Below, piece after piece: positions 30,523-39,593 of a stretch of 64,000 nucleotides of DNA; positions within the stretch are counted from its first letter, which is position 1; every line of letters begins with the position of its first letter. The notes beneath the pieces were generated by a model. It was not told where the DNA came from and made no database searches. It saw nothing but the letters and a program-made list of their open reading frames with translations. The DNA is from Planctomycetota bacterium. GTDB taxonomy: Bacteria; Planctomycetota; JAJSAM01; JAJVHW01. The position numbers and the translations under genes are program-made. Where the stretch lies: NCBI GenBank assembly GCA_965248445.1, contig CBDFJG010000003.1, forward strand, positions 192,001 through 256,000, written 5' to 3'.

Positions 30523-31815
30523 ATGGGCACTTCGGGTTGCGGCAGGCGTCGAACTCTGCTGGCTGTGGCGTTGCTGCCAGCCCTGGCCTGGTCCGACGTC
30601 GCGCTGGCGCACGGCGGGTGCTACGGCGATCCGGCAGGTGTCGTGCCCTCGTCCTACTCGCGCGTTCCGCCGGGTCCTCCTTCGCCGCCGCCGACGTCCG
30701 TCGCGCCGGTGCGCGTGCTGGATGCCGACGGAAACGCAGTCAACGCCGCCAGCTTCCTCCAGGCGCCGGGATCACCGTGGTGGCGCGTCTCCGGCGGGCG
30801 CGACGGCGAGTACTCCGCACCGTGTGGAGCGGAGGGGGCGCGCTACATCGTCACGGCGGCGGGCCATGCGCCGGTGCTCACGCCGTGGATACGTGCCGAG
30901 GACATGCTTCCCGTGACGGCCTCGCAGGCCACGAAGGGGCCCCCGCGGGCGTCGATGAGGATCGACCTACCGCGCGGGCACGAGATCTCGGGGCGGGTGC
31001 TCGCCGATCGGAACACGACGCGCGTTCGCCTCTCCGTCCTCCCAGCGCGGGCCCGGGTTCCCGAGGCTTTTGCGGTGATGGCGAAGCGCCAGGGCTGGGA
31101 AGGCGCCGTGCCGGGATCCGGGGGCACGTTCAGGTTCTCATCCCTCCCGGCCGGGCGGTACTCGATCGTCGTCTCCACACCCGAACGGACGGTCCGCGTC
31201 ATGCGGTCGGTGCGTGCGGGCATCCGGAATCTCACGATCGATCTCGAGGGAGAGGACCTCTCGGCTCCGCCGGTGGAGGGGCTCCGGCCGGACACCGGTC
31301 GCGCGACTCTGCGCGTCACAGCGGACGGCAAGACCAGCGTGCAGGTCGCCGCGTGGCGGCGCGGCGAGTCGCAGCCGGTCGCTCGCGCGCACGGCATCGA
31401 CGTCGCGTTGAACGTCCCGATGGGGGAGGGGCTGATCGTAGTGGTCGCCGATCCGTCGGGCGGCGTGCGCGCGCTGCCGGGTGTTGATCCCGGCTCGTCG
31501 CGCGTCGCGCTCCCTCCGGTCCCCACACGCGTACTGAGTGGCCGCGTCGTTCGTACGGACGGGGGCTCGCCCGTGGTGCGTGCGCTTGTCTCGGCGGTGC
31601 CGCATCTCGAGGTGCCCGACGCGCTCTTCGCGGAGGCGCCGTTTCGGCGGGAGACGCGCACGGACGCGAACGGACGGTTCGAGATCCCGAACGTCGCCGG
31701 TGCGGTCCGTCTCCTCGTGGAGGCGCCGGGTCTGGCGCTCGGCGCAGTCACGCCGGTCGGCGCGGCGCGCGATGACGCCGGCGACGTCCGGATGGTCGAA
31801 CGGCGCTCTCCCTAA
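30523..31815 (+). CDS. Secreted protein with carboxypeptidase-regulatory-like beta-sandwich domains
   Basis: Signal peptide ending ALA-HGG, plus ISGRV...GTFRFSSLPAGRY and LSGRVV..DGG.PV...TRTDANGRFEI. Confidence 0.7.
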   Translation: MGTSGCGRRRTLLAVALLPALAWSDVALAHGGCYGDPAGVVPSSYSRVPPGPPSPPPTSVAPVRVLDADGNAVNAASFLQAPGSPWWRVSGGRDGEYSAPCGAEGARYIVTAAGHAPVLTPWIRAEDMLPVTASQATKGPPRASMRIDLPRGHEISGRVLADRNTTRVRLSVLPARARVPEAFAVMAKRQGWEGAVPGSGGTFRFSSLPAGRYSIVVSTPERTVRVMRSVRAGIRNLTIDLEGEDLSAPPVEGLRPDTGRATLRVTADGKTSVQVAAWRRGESQPVARAHGIDVALNVPMGEGLIVVVADPSGGVRALPGVDPGSSRVALPPVPTRVLSGRVVRTDGGSPVVRALVSAVPHLEVPDALFAEAPFRRETRTDANGRFEIPNVAGAVRLLVEAPGLALGAVTPVGAARDDAGDVRMVERRSP

Positions 31816-32501
31816 CGCACGGCGGTCCAGCGCTCTCCGTCGCGCCCGACGGTGCCGATGGCGAGCGCTCCCGTGATCCCGTCGATGAACCCGCCGGCCA
31901 GGAACGCAGCGCCCGGCGAGACCATCAGTTCGGCGGCCGGGTCGTCCTTGGACATGATCTCGCCCGTCTGGTTCACGAAGAACGTGCGGTTGCCTGTCGT
32001 CGAGTACCCGACGGGCCGCGCGTACGCGCACCACGTCGTCTCGGCCCAGTCGGTCGAGATCGCGGAACCGCCGCCTGCAAGACCCGTCAGACCGCCCTCG
32101 CCGATCGCCGACTGGTTGGTGCCCTGGAGCCAGATGCGCATGCGGTAGCCGGAACTCGAGGCCCAGCCGCCGGTCTCGATCCCGCCGAGTCCGCGCGAGA
32201 GCACGTTCGGGTTCAGGATCTTCCCGGCGCCCGATCCGTCCGCCGCCACGCGCAATTCGGCGACGCCGGTGAGTTCGCGCATGAGCCCGTATTCGCCCTG
32301 TGCATCGCGGTCCACGTCGATGCGTTGCGCGGTATGGAACTGCCCCTGCGCCGTCGAGACGCTGCGCATCATCGAGATGGCGGCGCTCTCGTTGGCGCGC
32401 ATCCGCGCGGCCAGAGCCTGCGGGATCACGATGGCCGCCAGAATCGCGATCGTCACGACGACGATCATCAACTCCACGAGCGTGAAGCCTTGCTGTCTCA
32501 T
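31812..32501 (-). CDS. Type IV pilin/pseudopilin-like protein with prepilin cleavage-methylation motif
   Basis: MRQQGFTLVELMIVV, ANESAAI and C-terminal YARP..Y..TGNRTFFVNQTG. Confidence 0.9.
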   Translation of the reverse strand: MRQQGFTLVELMIVVVTIAILAAIVIPQALAARMRANESAAISMMRSVSTAQGQFHTAQRIDVDRDAQGEYGLMRELTGVAELRVAADGSGAGKILNPNVLSRGLGGIETGGWASSSGYRMRIWLQGTNQSAIGEGGLTGLAGGGSAISTDWAETTWCAYARPVGYSTTGNRTFFVNQTGEIMSKDDPAAELMVSPGAAFLAGGFIDGITGALAIGTVGRDGERWTAVR

Positions 32502-32616
32502 ATCCCCCGGATCTCCCACGCGGGTGCAGCGTTCCGCGTTGTGACGCACTCTCTCGTCCCGCTTATGCGGTCGGTAGGCTGTGCGGCGGGCTTTAGGCCG
32601 AAACCGGGAGGGCGCG

Positions 32617-32973
32617 ATGGATCTGAACCACCTGCACCTGGGGGCGGCCGACGTGAGCAGTTCCCGCGCGTTCTACGAGCGGTACTTCGGATTCCGCCAC
32701 GACGCGGACCACGGGGACGGCGTGTTTCTGCGCAACGACGACGGCTTCATGATCGCGATCGATCCGGTGAGCGACGTCCCGGTGTTGCCGTCGTGGTTCC
32801 ACTACGGCTTCTGTCTCGCGGAGGGCTCCGCAGTGCGCGCGCTGCACGCGCGGATGACGGCCGAGGGCGTCGACCTCGCATCCAAGCTCATGGACTTCGG
32901 CGACGACTGCGTCGTGTTCTACTGCAACGACCCGGACGGATACCGCATCGAGGTCAGCTTTCACGCGAACTGA
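32617..32973 (+). CDS. VOC/glyoxalase-family protein
   Basis: LNHLHL..D...SRAFY..YFG, FHYGF and DPDGYRIEV. Confidence 0.9.
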   Translation: MDLNHLHLGAADVSSSRAFYERYFGFRHDADHGDGVFLRNDDGFMIAIDPVSDVPVLPSWFHYGFCLAEGSAVRALHARMTAEGVDLASKLMDFGDDCVVFYCNDPDGYRIEVSFHAN

Positions 32974-33216
32974 CGCGTCGTCTCGCGGTCTCCGCGGGTT
33001 CACACGGCAGGCGACCCTCCGAAAACCGTGATCGCGGGTGCCAACGGCGGGTTCCGGGAATCCCGCGCAGGCTCGCGGGCACGGTCTTGTGATGGGTGGC
33101 GACCCGGCCGCCCGGGTTCCTGGTTGGTTCCTGTACCGTAACGGGGTCCGCAGCGGCTGGCGGCCGTCCGACGCCGGCGGCGAACGCTGGACGACACACG
33201 AAAAGGGAGTAACTCG

Positions 33217-33465
33217 ATGCGACTGAACTCAGTGATGTTCCTCGCGCTGGGCGCGTTGGCGCTGGCGACCGCCGGTTGTGAGGCGAAGGTCGACGACGCG
33301 ACTCCGGCCGACACCGACGAAGGGTGCGCCGATTGCGCCAAGGGCGAGGGCGGCGACAACGTCTGGTGTGCGGAGTGCTCGCACGGCTTCATCGACGGCG
33401 AGATGGCCACGGAGTGCAAGGGCTGCTTCGACGCGAAGAACGGCGGGGATCCCTGCCCGACTTGA
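33217..33465 (+). CDS. Small Cys-rich lipoprotein (possible selenoprotein extending to 33471)
   Basis: GGGAG RBS, lipobox ATAGC, then CADC, WCAEC, CKGC and CPT-TGA-AGC-TGA. Confidence 0.8.
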   Translation: MRLNSVMFLALGALALATAGCEAKVDDATPADTDEGCADCAKGEGGDNVWCAECSHGFIDGEMATECKGCFDAKNGGDPCPT

Positions 33466-33947
33466 AGCTGATTATCATCACGCTACGGTTCGTAGCACAT
33501 CTCAAGAGCGTCGCACCTGCGGTCATGCTGACTGCAGTGGCGGCGCTCTCTGCGTGTTCCAAGACACCCAGCGAGTCCGCAGTCGAGAAGCTGTTCAAGG
33601 GCGAGCGCGCGGTCCCTGAGTACATCGCGATCAAGAACTTCTCGAAGACCGACGGCCGGCTGGACGACGCCGCCGGCCGGTACACATGCAGCGTCGAGTA
33701 CGACCTGGTCTTCCTCAAGAGCAGCGACGACTTGATGAAGGGGTTGGCTGAGGACCTCGAGGTCTCGGCGAACGCCAGAGAGTCCGGCGCGGCGCTCGCG
33801 GGGATGTTCGGACAGCTCCAGGCGGGGATCTCGATCTTTGCGTTGAAGATGCAGTACGGCGACTTCGAGGCCGGGCACACCGTGCACAAGACCGAAGCGC
33901 TCACACTCGAGCGCTGGGAGAGCGGCTGGAAGTTCGCGGAGAAGTGA
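33462..33947 (+). CDS. Hypothetical lipoprotein (start uncertain: TTG 33462 or ATG 33525)
   Basis: Lipobox ALSAC and C-terminal LERWESGW. Confidence 0.7.
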   Translation: MKLIIITLRFVAHLKSVAPAVMLTAVAALSACSKTPSESAVEKLFKGERAVPEYIAIKNFSKTDGRLDDAAGRYTCSVEYDLVFLKSSDDLMKGLAEDLEVSANARESGAALAGMFGQLQAGISIFALKMQYGDFEAGHTVHKTEALTLERWESGWKFAEK

Positions 33948-33951
33948 CGCG

Positions 33952-34815
33952 TCAGATGCGCCCGTAGGCGCGCAGCGTCATCACCGCCTCCAGCGTCCAT
34001 CGTCCCCGCCACTCCTGCAGTGCGCCGGGACCGGGTGGCTGCCAGAACACCGGCCATCCGCCGTCGTCCTCTTGGCGCGCGACGAGATCGTCGAGGTGTG
34101 CGTCGATCACCGCGTCCTCGAAGCGCGAGCGCAGCGGGGCGTCCGGCCGCGGCGCGAAGTGAAGCGGCGTCTGTGTGTACGTGGTGATCGGCACCTCGAC
34201 TGTGAACCACCCCGCTGATCCGAGTTGGTCCATCAGACGGTCGACGTAGCCGTCCGCGCGGTCGCGGTCGGGCACGTGCTCGAGCAGTAGGAGGGCGCCA
34301 CGGAGCGTGTGCGCGCTCCCGAAGCGCTCGCGCTCGATTTGGTCGAGGCACCACTTCGCCGCCCGGTCGATCCACGGGTGCTGCACGCCGAGCGCGAAGA
34401 GCCAGGCTGCCAGAGTCGCGGTGGGGTTCACACCCGGCGTCACCGCCCACGGGATCTGCCAATGGTCGGCACATGGCGTGTCCGCGCCGCCGGCCAGCAC
34501 AGGCGATACGGCGCCGTCTGCAGTTGCAATGCTCGCGAGGAATGCGCACGCGCCGGACGCGAGCGCGTCGTCCCGTGCCCCCGCCTCGAACAGCGTCTGC
34601 AGTGCGAACTCCGTGCAGATGGGCTGACTCGCCGGCGCACGAAGATCCGGTTCGAGGCCGTGGCCGAACCCGCCGTCCGGGTTGCGGTAGGGGAGGAGCG
34701 CAGTGACGACGTGCTCGGGAGACGCTCCGTGGAATCGTGTCGCGAACAGCCGCCTCTCGAGCAAGCGCGCGTTGGCGTGCAGGAATGCGGTGGCGTCAGC
34801 GAGCACGTTACGCAT
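33952..34815 (-). CDS. Hypothetical protein with prenyltransferase/squalene-cyclase-like QW repeats
   Basis: ARLLERR, YRNPDGGFGHGLEPD and QEDDGGW. Confidence 0.78.
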   Translation of the reverse strand: MRNVLADATAFLHANARLLERRLFATRFHGASPEHVVTALLPYRNPDGGFGHGLEPDLRAPASQPICTEFALQTLFEAGARDDALASGACAFLASIATADGAVSPVLAGGADTPCADHWQIPWAVTPGVNPTATLAAWLFALGVQHPWIDRAAKWCLDQIERERFGSAHTLRGALLLLEHVPDRDRADGYVDRLMDQLGSAGWFTVEVPITTYTQTPLHFAPRPDAPLRSRFEDAVIDAHLDDLVARQEDDGGWPVFWQPPGPGALQEWRGRWTLEAVMTLRAYGRI

Positions 34816-35287
34816 GCGCGTCCCTTCCGTACGGCAGCCGCAGATACACCTCGCCGTCCTTCTCGTCGAACGGCTCGAACCCGAGTGACACGTACAGCGC
34901 CATGGCGCCCTCGTTCGCTGGGATCACGCTCGTGGCGATGCGCTCGACCAGCACCTCGCCCTTTAGCCGGCGGATCACCTCCAGCATGGCCGCCCGCCCG
35001 TACCCCTTGCGCTGGTGCTCGGCGCCGATCATCAGTCGCATGACGAATCCGATCTCGTCCCAGATCTGGTACATGACGAACCCGACCATCGCATCGTCCG
35101 CCGTCATGTCCCGCCCGAACAGGTCGCCGCGGTAGATCGCACAGGGGTAAAGGCGCTTGTTCACGTACGCCTGCGCCAGGGATTGCATGTTCGTCGCGAC
35201 GTACGCCTTTTGGTCTTCACGCACCGACAGCTTCACGCACTCGCGGAAGTTCTCGAACGTCACGGGCCGGAGGCAGATGCTGGTCAT
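34808..35287 (-). CDS. GNAT N-acetyltransferase (diamine/spermidine acetyltransferase-like)
   Basis: RLMIGAEHQRKGYG and N..A..LY..LGF. Confidence 0.9.
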   Translation of the reverse strand: MTSICLRPVTFENFRECVKLSVREDQKAYVATNMQSLAQAYVNKRLYPCAIYRGDLFGRDMTADDAMVGFVMYQIWDEIGFVMRLMIGAEHQRKGYGRAAMLEVIRRLKGEVLVERIATSVIPANEGAMALYVSLGFEPFDEKDGEVYLRLPYGRDAHA

Positions 35288-35368
35288 GATGCCGCGGATC
35301 GTAAGCGGCCGGGCTCAAGACGCGAAATGCCGACCTGCTACGATGAGCAGCGGCAAGGAGGGGGAGGC

Positions 35369-36853
35369 ATGCGCGTGGGCGGCGCCCGTTCTCTGCTCGC
35401 AGCGGCGGGCATCTGCTTCGCAGCGGCGGTTGCCGTTGTCGGCAGCGGTGTCGACGTCGGCGCAGCGCCGTCCCTCTGGGAGTTCACCCCGGAGCCGATG
35501 GAGCAAGTGCCGTTCGGGCGCACGCAGATCGTCGGTGCCGAGCTTCCCGAGGGCGGTGTTCGGTTCATCCTGAAGAACCTGACGCCGGAGATGCCGGTAC
35601 AGCTGACGCTCGTCCCGAGCGACGCCACGACGGACCTCTCTCTCGAGGTCTACAAGGACAAGTGGGACGCTCCGCTGTTCACGATGACGACGGGCATCGA
35701 GGGCGAGGCGACGCTTCGCCTGCGCACCGGCGATCACGTCGCGATGCAGGTGAAGGGACCGGCCGGGGCGTCCTACCAGTTATTGGCGTGGGTCGGTCCC
35801 GAGATGGAGTCGGTTCCGATCCCGCCGCTCGTGACCCCGGAGACCTACACGCAGCGCACCGGCAAGCCGACCGCTTACGGGACGGCGCCCACGTCGCCGG
35901 CGGACGCCGATCCTGCACCACAGCCCGAGACGGCCACGGATACCAACACCGCCGCCGTTCCACTGCGAGCGCCGCTGATCGCGCCTTCGCCGGTGCCCGC
36001 GGAGGACGACAGCGACGACAAGATGGGTCTGATCGTCGGCCTGCTCGCGGCGATTCTGGTTGCGCTGGTCGTGATCGCGTTCCTGCTGATGAAGAAGCAC
36101 GGACCGCCGGCCTCGGCCGCGCTCCTGCTGGCAGCGCTGCTGTTCGTGCCTGGCGCCGCCACCGCACAGGACGACAAGACCGAGCCGGGAAAGATGAAGC
36201 CCGAGGAGCTGAACGACCGGATGAACGCGACGTTGCACAAGTTGCGCGAGCTGACGTCGGGGTACAGCGGCAATGACCCGTTCAACCCCGACGACAAGTT
36301 CACCAAGGGCTTCACCGACGTCGTGAAGGCGACCGGCGCGCTGCTCACACTGATGGAGCACTTCGGGTTCATCGATCCCCGCGAGGCCGCGGTTCGTCCG
36401 GACTACAACCCGAGCGATGCGCCGCCATTACCGGCGCGGGGTTTCGAGGACATCTGGAACTCGGATGCGCAGACGTGCCTGCGACAGGGCGGAGTCGCGC
36501 AAGATCTCCAGAAGTGGCCGCGGCTGCTCGAGAATCTGCGCGTCATCTACAAGCAGACGATGCTCGAAGCCGGGCGGATCGTCGAGCTGGCCGACGCCGC
36601 CGCCGGCATGAGCAGCATCGCGAAGCTCAAGTGGACGATCGACAAGAACAACCCGAGTGAGGCGTTCAATCAGAGTCAGGCGCAGTTCTACGCTACGTAC
36701 GACGACGCGTACACCAAGCTCATGGACAAGCTGAACAAGTCGCTCGTCGAGATCGCCGACTGCGAGAAGAAGGTGTACGGCGTGGATCGGTGGTACGAGC
36801 TGTACGGGATGCCCTACTACCTCTACATGCGCGACCGGTACAAGCGGCCGTAG
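35369..36853 (+). CDS. Membrane-anchored hypothetical protein with an internal signal-peptide-like segment
   Basis: GGAGG RBS. Signal peptide, beta-rich domain, Pro/Thr linker, TM helix, second hydrophobic segment ending ATA-QDD and a helical C-terminal domain. Confidence 0.75.
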   Translation: MRVGGARSLLAAAGICFAAAVAVVGSGVDVGAAPSLWEFTPEPMEQVPFGRTQIVGAELPEGGVRFILKNLTPEMPVQLTLVPSDATTDLSLEVYKDKWDAPLFTMTTGIEGEATLRLRTGDHVAMQVKGPAGASYQLLAWVGPEMESVPIPPLVTPETYTQRTGKPTAYGTAPTSPADADPAPQPETATDTNTAAVPLRAPLIAPSPVPAEDDSDDKMGLIVGLLAAILVALVVIAFLLMKKHGPPASAALLLAALLFVPGAATAQDDKTEPGKMKPEELNDRMNATLHKLRELTSGYSGNDPFNPDDKFTKGFTDVVKATGALLTLMEHFGFIDPREAAVRPDYNPSDAPPLPARGFEDIWNSDAQTCLRQGGVAQDLQKWPRLLENLRVIYKQTMLEAGRIVELADAAAGMSSIAKLKWTIDKNNPSEAFNQSQAQFYATYDDAYTKLMDKLNKSLVEIADCEKKVYGVDRWYELYGMPYYLYMRDRYKRP

Positions 36854-36870
36854 TCGCGACCCGCCGCGCG

Positions 36871-38190
36871 CTAACTCGCGGTCGGGGATCCGTTCAGCTC
36901 GAGCGCGCGCGTGTGACACGGCTCGCAGATCCCGTGCGTCACCTGCATGCACTCCGGCGGCAGCACGACTTCACCGACGTCGAACCACATGCCGTCCGGT
37001 CCGCTGACGAAGCCGCACCACGCGCAGATCGAGAGCTGACCCTCGCGTCCGCCCTGCGCCGTGTCCCGCGGGTTCGGGGCGCCGCCGTTCGTGATGAAGC
37101 GCGAGGCGGCCTCGACGGCATCTCTGTACCGGGACCGGACGCGCTCCCGGTAGTCCGCGAGCGCCCGTTCGTCGTCGGTCGACAGTTCGAGGACGTCCGG
37201 GTGCATGGCTGCGAACTCCTTGAGTTCGGGGACGCGCTCGAGTGCCGCAGATCCCGCCAGATCGAGAGCGTGCTGGGCGGTTTCCGTCTCTTCGAGGCGC
37301 ACGGCGAGCTGGTGGACGGCCTGGGCGAGCGCGAGGCGGCGGCCGGCACTCATGCGCGGGACGGCGCGGCGAGAGGCTCGGGCGAGCGCGTCCTGTGCCG
37401 TCTGACGCGCAGCGTCGATGCGCCCCAGCTCCAGCTGCGCCTCGATCTCGGCGAGTTGCACGCGATCGGCGTAGCCGTTGTTCTTCGGGAACTCCGTCGC
37501 GTGCGCGAGGACGTCCGAGTGGCGGCCCTCGACGGCCGCGATCATCGTGTCGTAGGCGCGCTGTGTGAGAGCGTCGAGCGCATTCGCTGCCGCCGCCGCG
37601 TTGCGCGCGATGTGCATGATGCCCGCGTCCGACTCGAGCACGCCCAGTTCGAAGCGGTGGCCGATAATGACGCGTTCACCCTTGGGGCGCCTGTCGGAGT
37701 CGAGGGCGGAGACGACCGTCGAGAGTGCGTCGATCTCCTTGATGCTGCGCGGGACGTCTTCGAGCTTGAGGAAGGACGCCACGATGTGGCTCTGCGCGAT
37801 CGCGACGCGAGCAGCGTCCGAGCGCGAATCCGCGAGCCGCGCGGCGCGTCTCGAGATCGCGAGCGTCTCCACGAACTGGAGCGACTCGCGCAGCGCCAAG
37901 GCCAGGTTGTTGCATGCAACCAGTTCCTCGCGACGGCCGCTCCCGGCGAACTGCTCGAACGCCTCCTGCAAGTACGGGAGCGCGGCGTCAGCCTTGCCGC
38001 TCACGAGCGAGAGCGCGCCGATGTTCAGCGACGCCACCGCGCGTTCGGTGACCGAAGGCGCCGAGTCGCGCAGCGCCAGAAGCGCGGGCAGGTCGTCCTC
38101 CGTCGGGCGCACGCCCTCTTGCATGCACGCCGGCCGGCGACGGGCCGGCGCGCCGGCTCCCGGAGTCGCTCTGTCGAACCGAGTGCTCAC
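36871..38190 (-). CDS. Helical/TPR-like hypothetical protein with C-terminal Zn-finger (start uncertain)
   Basis: ACNNLA TPR-like segment and C-terminal ICAWC...THGICEPC. Confidence 0.65.
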   Translation of the reverse strand: MSTRFDRATPGAGAPARRRPACMQEGVRPTEDDLPALLALRDSAPSVTERAVASLNIGALSLVSGKADAALPYLQEAFEQFAGSGRREELVACNNLALALRESLQFVETLAISRRAARLADSRSDAARVAIAQSHIVASFLKLEDVPRSIKEIDALSTVVSALDSDRRPKGERVIIGHRFELGVLESDAGIMHIARNAAAAANALDALTQRAYDTMIAAVEGRHSDVLAHATEFPKNNGYADRVQLAEIEAQLELGRIDAARQTAQDALARASRRAVPRMSAGRRLALAQAVHQLAVRLEETETAQHALDLAGSAALERVPELKEFAAMHPDVLELSTDDERALADYRERVRSRYRDAVEAASRFITNGGAPNPRDTAQGGREGQLSICAWCGFVSGPDGMWFDVGEVVLPPECMQVTHGICEPCHTRALELNGSPTAS

Positions 38191-38354
38191 AGGTCCACCG
38201 AGTCCCCCGAGGTCCGCCGTGCCAGGTCGCGATCCGAGCCCGAGGCCTCTCGTTCAGGATCGGCAGACGCCGAGCGCGAACTTAGCCGAGCCTCGGCCGA
38301 GCCTGGCGAAGGGCACCCTCCAGCCTCGCGGGGCGACGCGCGCCCAGCCGGCCG

Positions 38355-39530
38355 TCAGAAGGCGTCCTGCATCCACGGGGACCCGCCGCGGAACACCTCG
38401 GCGAGCGCGACGAGGTCGTCGTCCGGTCCTGAGATCGGGCGCGCGTTGCGCAGAACCTGCGGTGAGACATACCCGGTGTAGATGGACGCCAGCTCCCGCA
38501 CATGCATGGCGACGCGGCCGTCGCCGCCGCGTTCCACCGTGCCGCGGCCGTCGTTGACGCGCAGTACGAAGCGTCCGGCGTTTCCCGGGCAGACGTCGTC
38601 GGTGAGATCCAGGTGCACCTCGGCCGTGAGGCTCCGCGGGTATCCGCGCTCGGTGAGTGCGTTCTCGACGTGCGTGAGCCGCAACATCCACACGTCGGCG
38701 ACCAGAGTGTCGAAGCACAGCGCGTCGGACGCCGTCTGGAGCGGACCGGTCGGGTGTCCCAGCCAGCGCGCCTTCTCGGTCTGCGAGGCGAAGTCCGCGA
38801 GGAAGGCGAGGAGACGGCGGGCGGCGGCGGGGGTCGAGGCGACGACGTCGCTCAGTCGCAGAAATCGCTCGCCCTTCACCGTGCCGGGTTTGAGACGCAC
38901 GAATCCGGTGGGTACCCCGTCTTCTTCCACGAGGTGCGCTTCGGTGGGATCGCCGCCGGGCTCGCGAACTCGACTCCACATGATGTCGTCACGGTCGATG
39001 TTCCCGTCGTTGGCTGCGGCTCGCTGTCGCTCGAGTGCTACCAGCGCGGGTTCGTCGTCGGCGGTGGCAGTCCGAAGTGGAAGCGTGCGGTCGACGGGCG
39101 CGACGTTCTCGAGATGCGCATCCACTCGATACAGGTATCCCGACCGCTCGTACCCGGCGCGCCGGTACACGGACTGCACCGCCGGGTAGAGCGTGGAGAG
39201 CGCGACGCCCTTCTCGTGCATCTCGCGCACCGCTGACTGCATGATGCGCGTCCCGACTCCCGCACCGCGGTCTTGCGCGTCGATTCCGACCGCTGCGACG
39301 CCCCACATCGGGACGCACCGCCCGCCGAACCACTGGCCCATCGGGTAGAGGAACAGCCCGCCGCGGATCCGGCCGTCCTCGTCGTGCACGCGTCCGACGT
39401 GTGCGATGCTGTCGATCCACTTGGTCGTGCGCTCGATGTTGCTGCCGAACGCGTGGCTCATGATCCGCACGACGGCGTCCATCTCGCCCTCGCGATCCGG
39501 TTCGTACGGTCTGTACGCGGCGTCGGACAT
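38355..39530 (-). CDS. Eis-family GNAT acetyltransferase with C-terminal SCP2-like domain
   Basis: GGAGGAGG RBS, GQWFGGR.VPM.GVAAV....RG.G, STLYP....YRR.GY and C-terminal N.GRF.L.V..G. Confidence 0.9.
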   Translation of the reverse strand: MSDAAYRPYEPDREGEMDAVVRIMSHAFGSNIERTTKWIDSIAHVGRVHDEDGRIRGGLFLYPMGQWFGGRCVPMWGVAAVGIDAQDRGAGVGTRIMQSAVREMHEKGVALSTLYPAVQSVYRRAGYERSGYLYRVDAHLENVAPVDRTLPLRTATADDEPALVALERQRAAANDGNIDRDDIMWSRVREPGGDPTEAHLVEEDGVPTGFVRLKPGTVKGERFLRLSDVVASTPAAARRLLAFLADFASQTEKARWLGHPTGPLQTASDALCFDTLVADVWMLRLTHVENALTERGYPRSLTAEVHLDLTDDVCPGNAGRFVLRVNDGRGTVERGGDGRVAMHVRELASIYTGYVSPQVLRNARPISGPDDDLVALAEVFRGGSPWMQDAF

Positions 39531-39593
39531 TGCTCTGCCTCCTCCTGACATCTTCCGGAACACGGGCCCGCGCGTGCGAGGTATGCTCGATCC

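Noticed and set aside
36912..36932. CEPCH as a heme c site
   Set aside because: It is part of a HGICxxC zinc module in a protein with no export signal.
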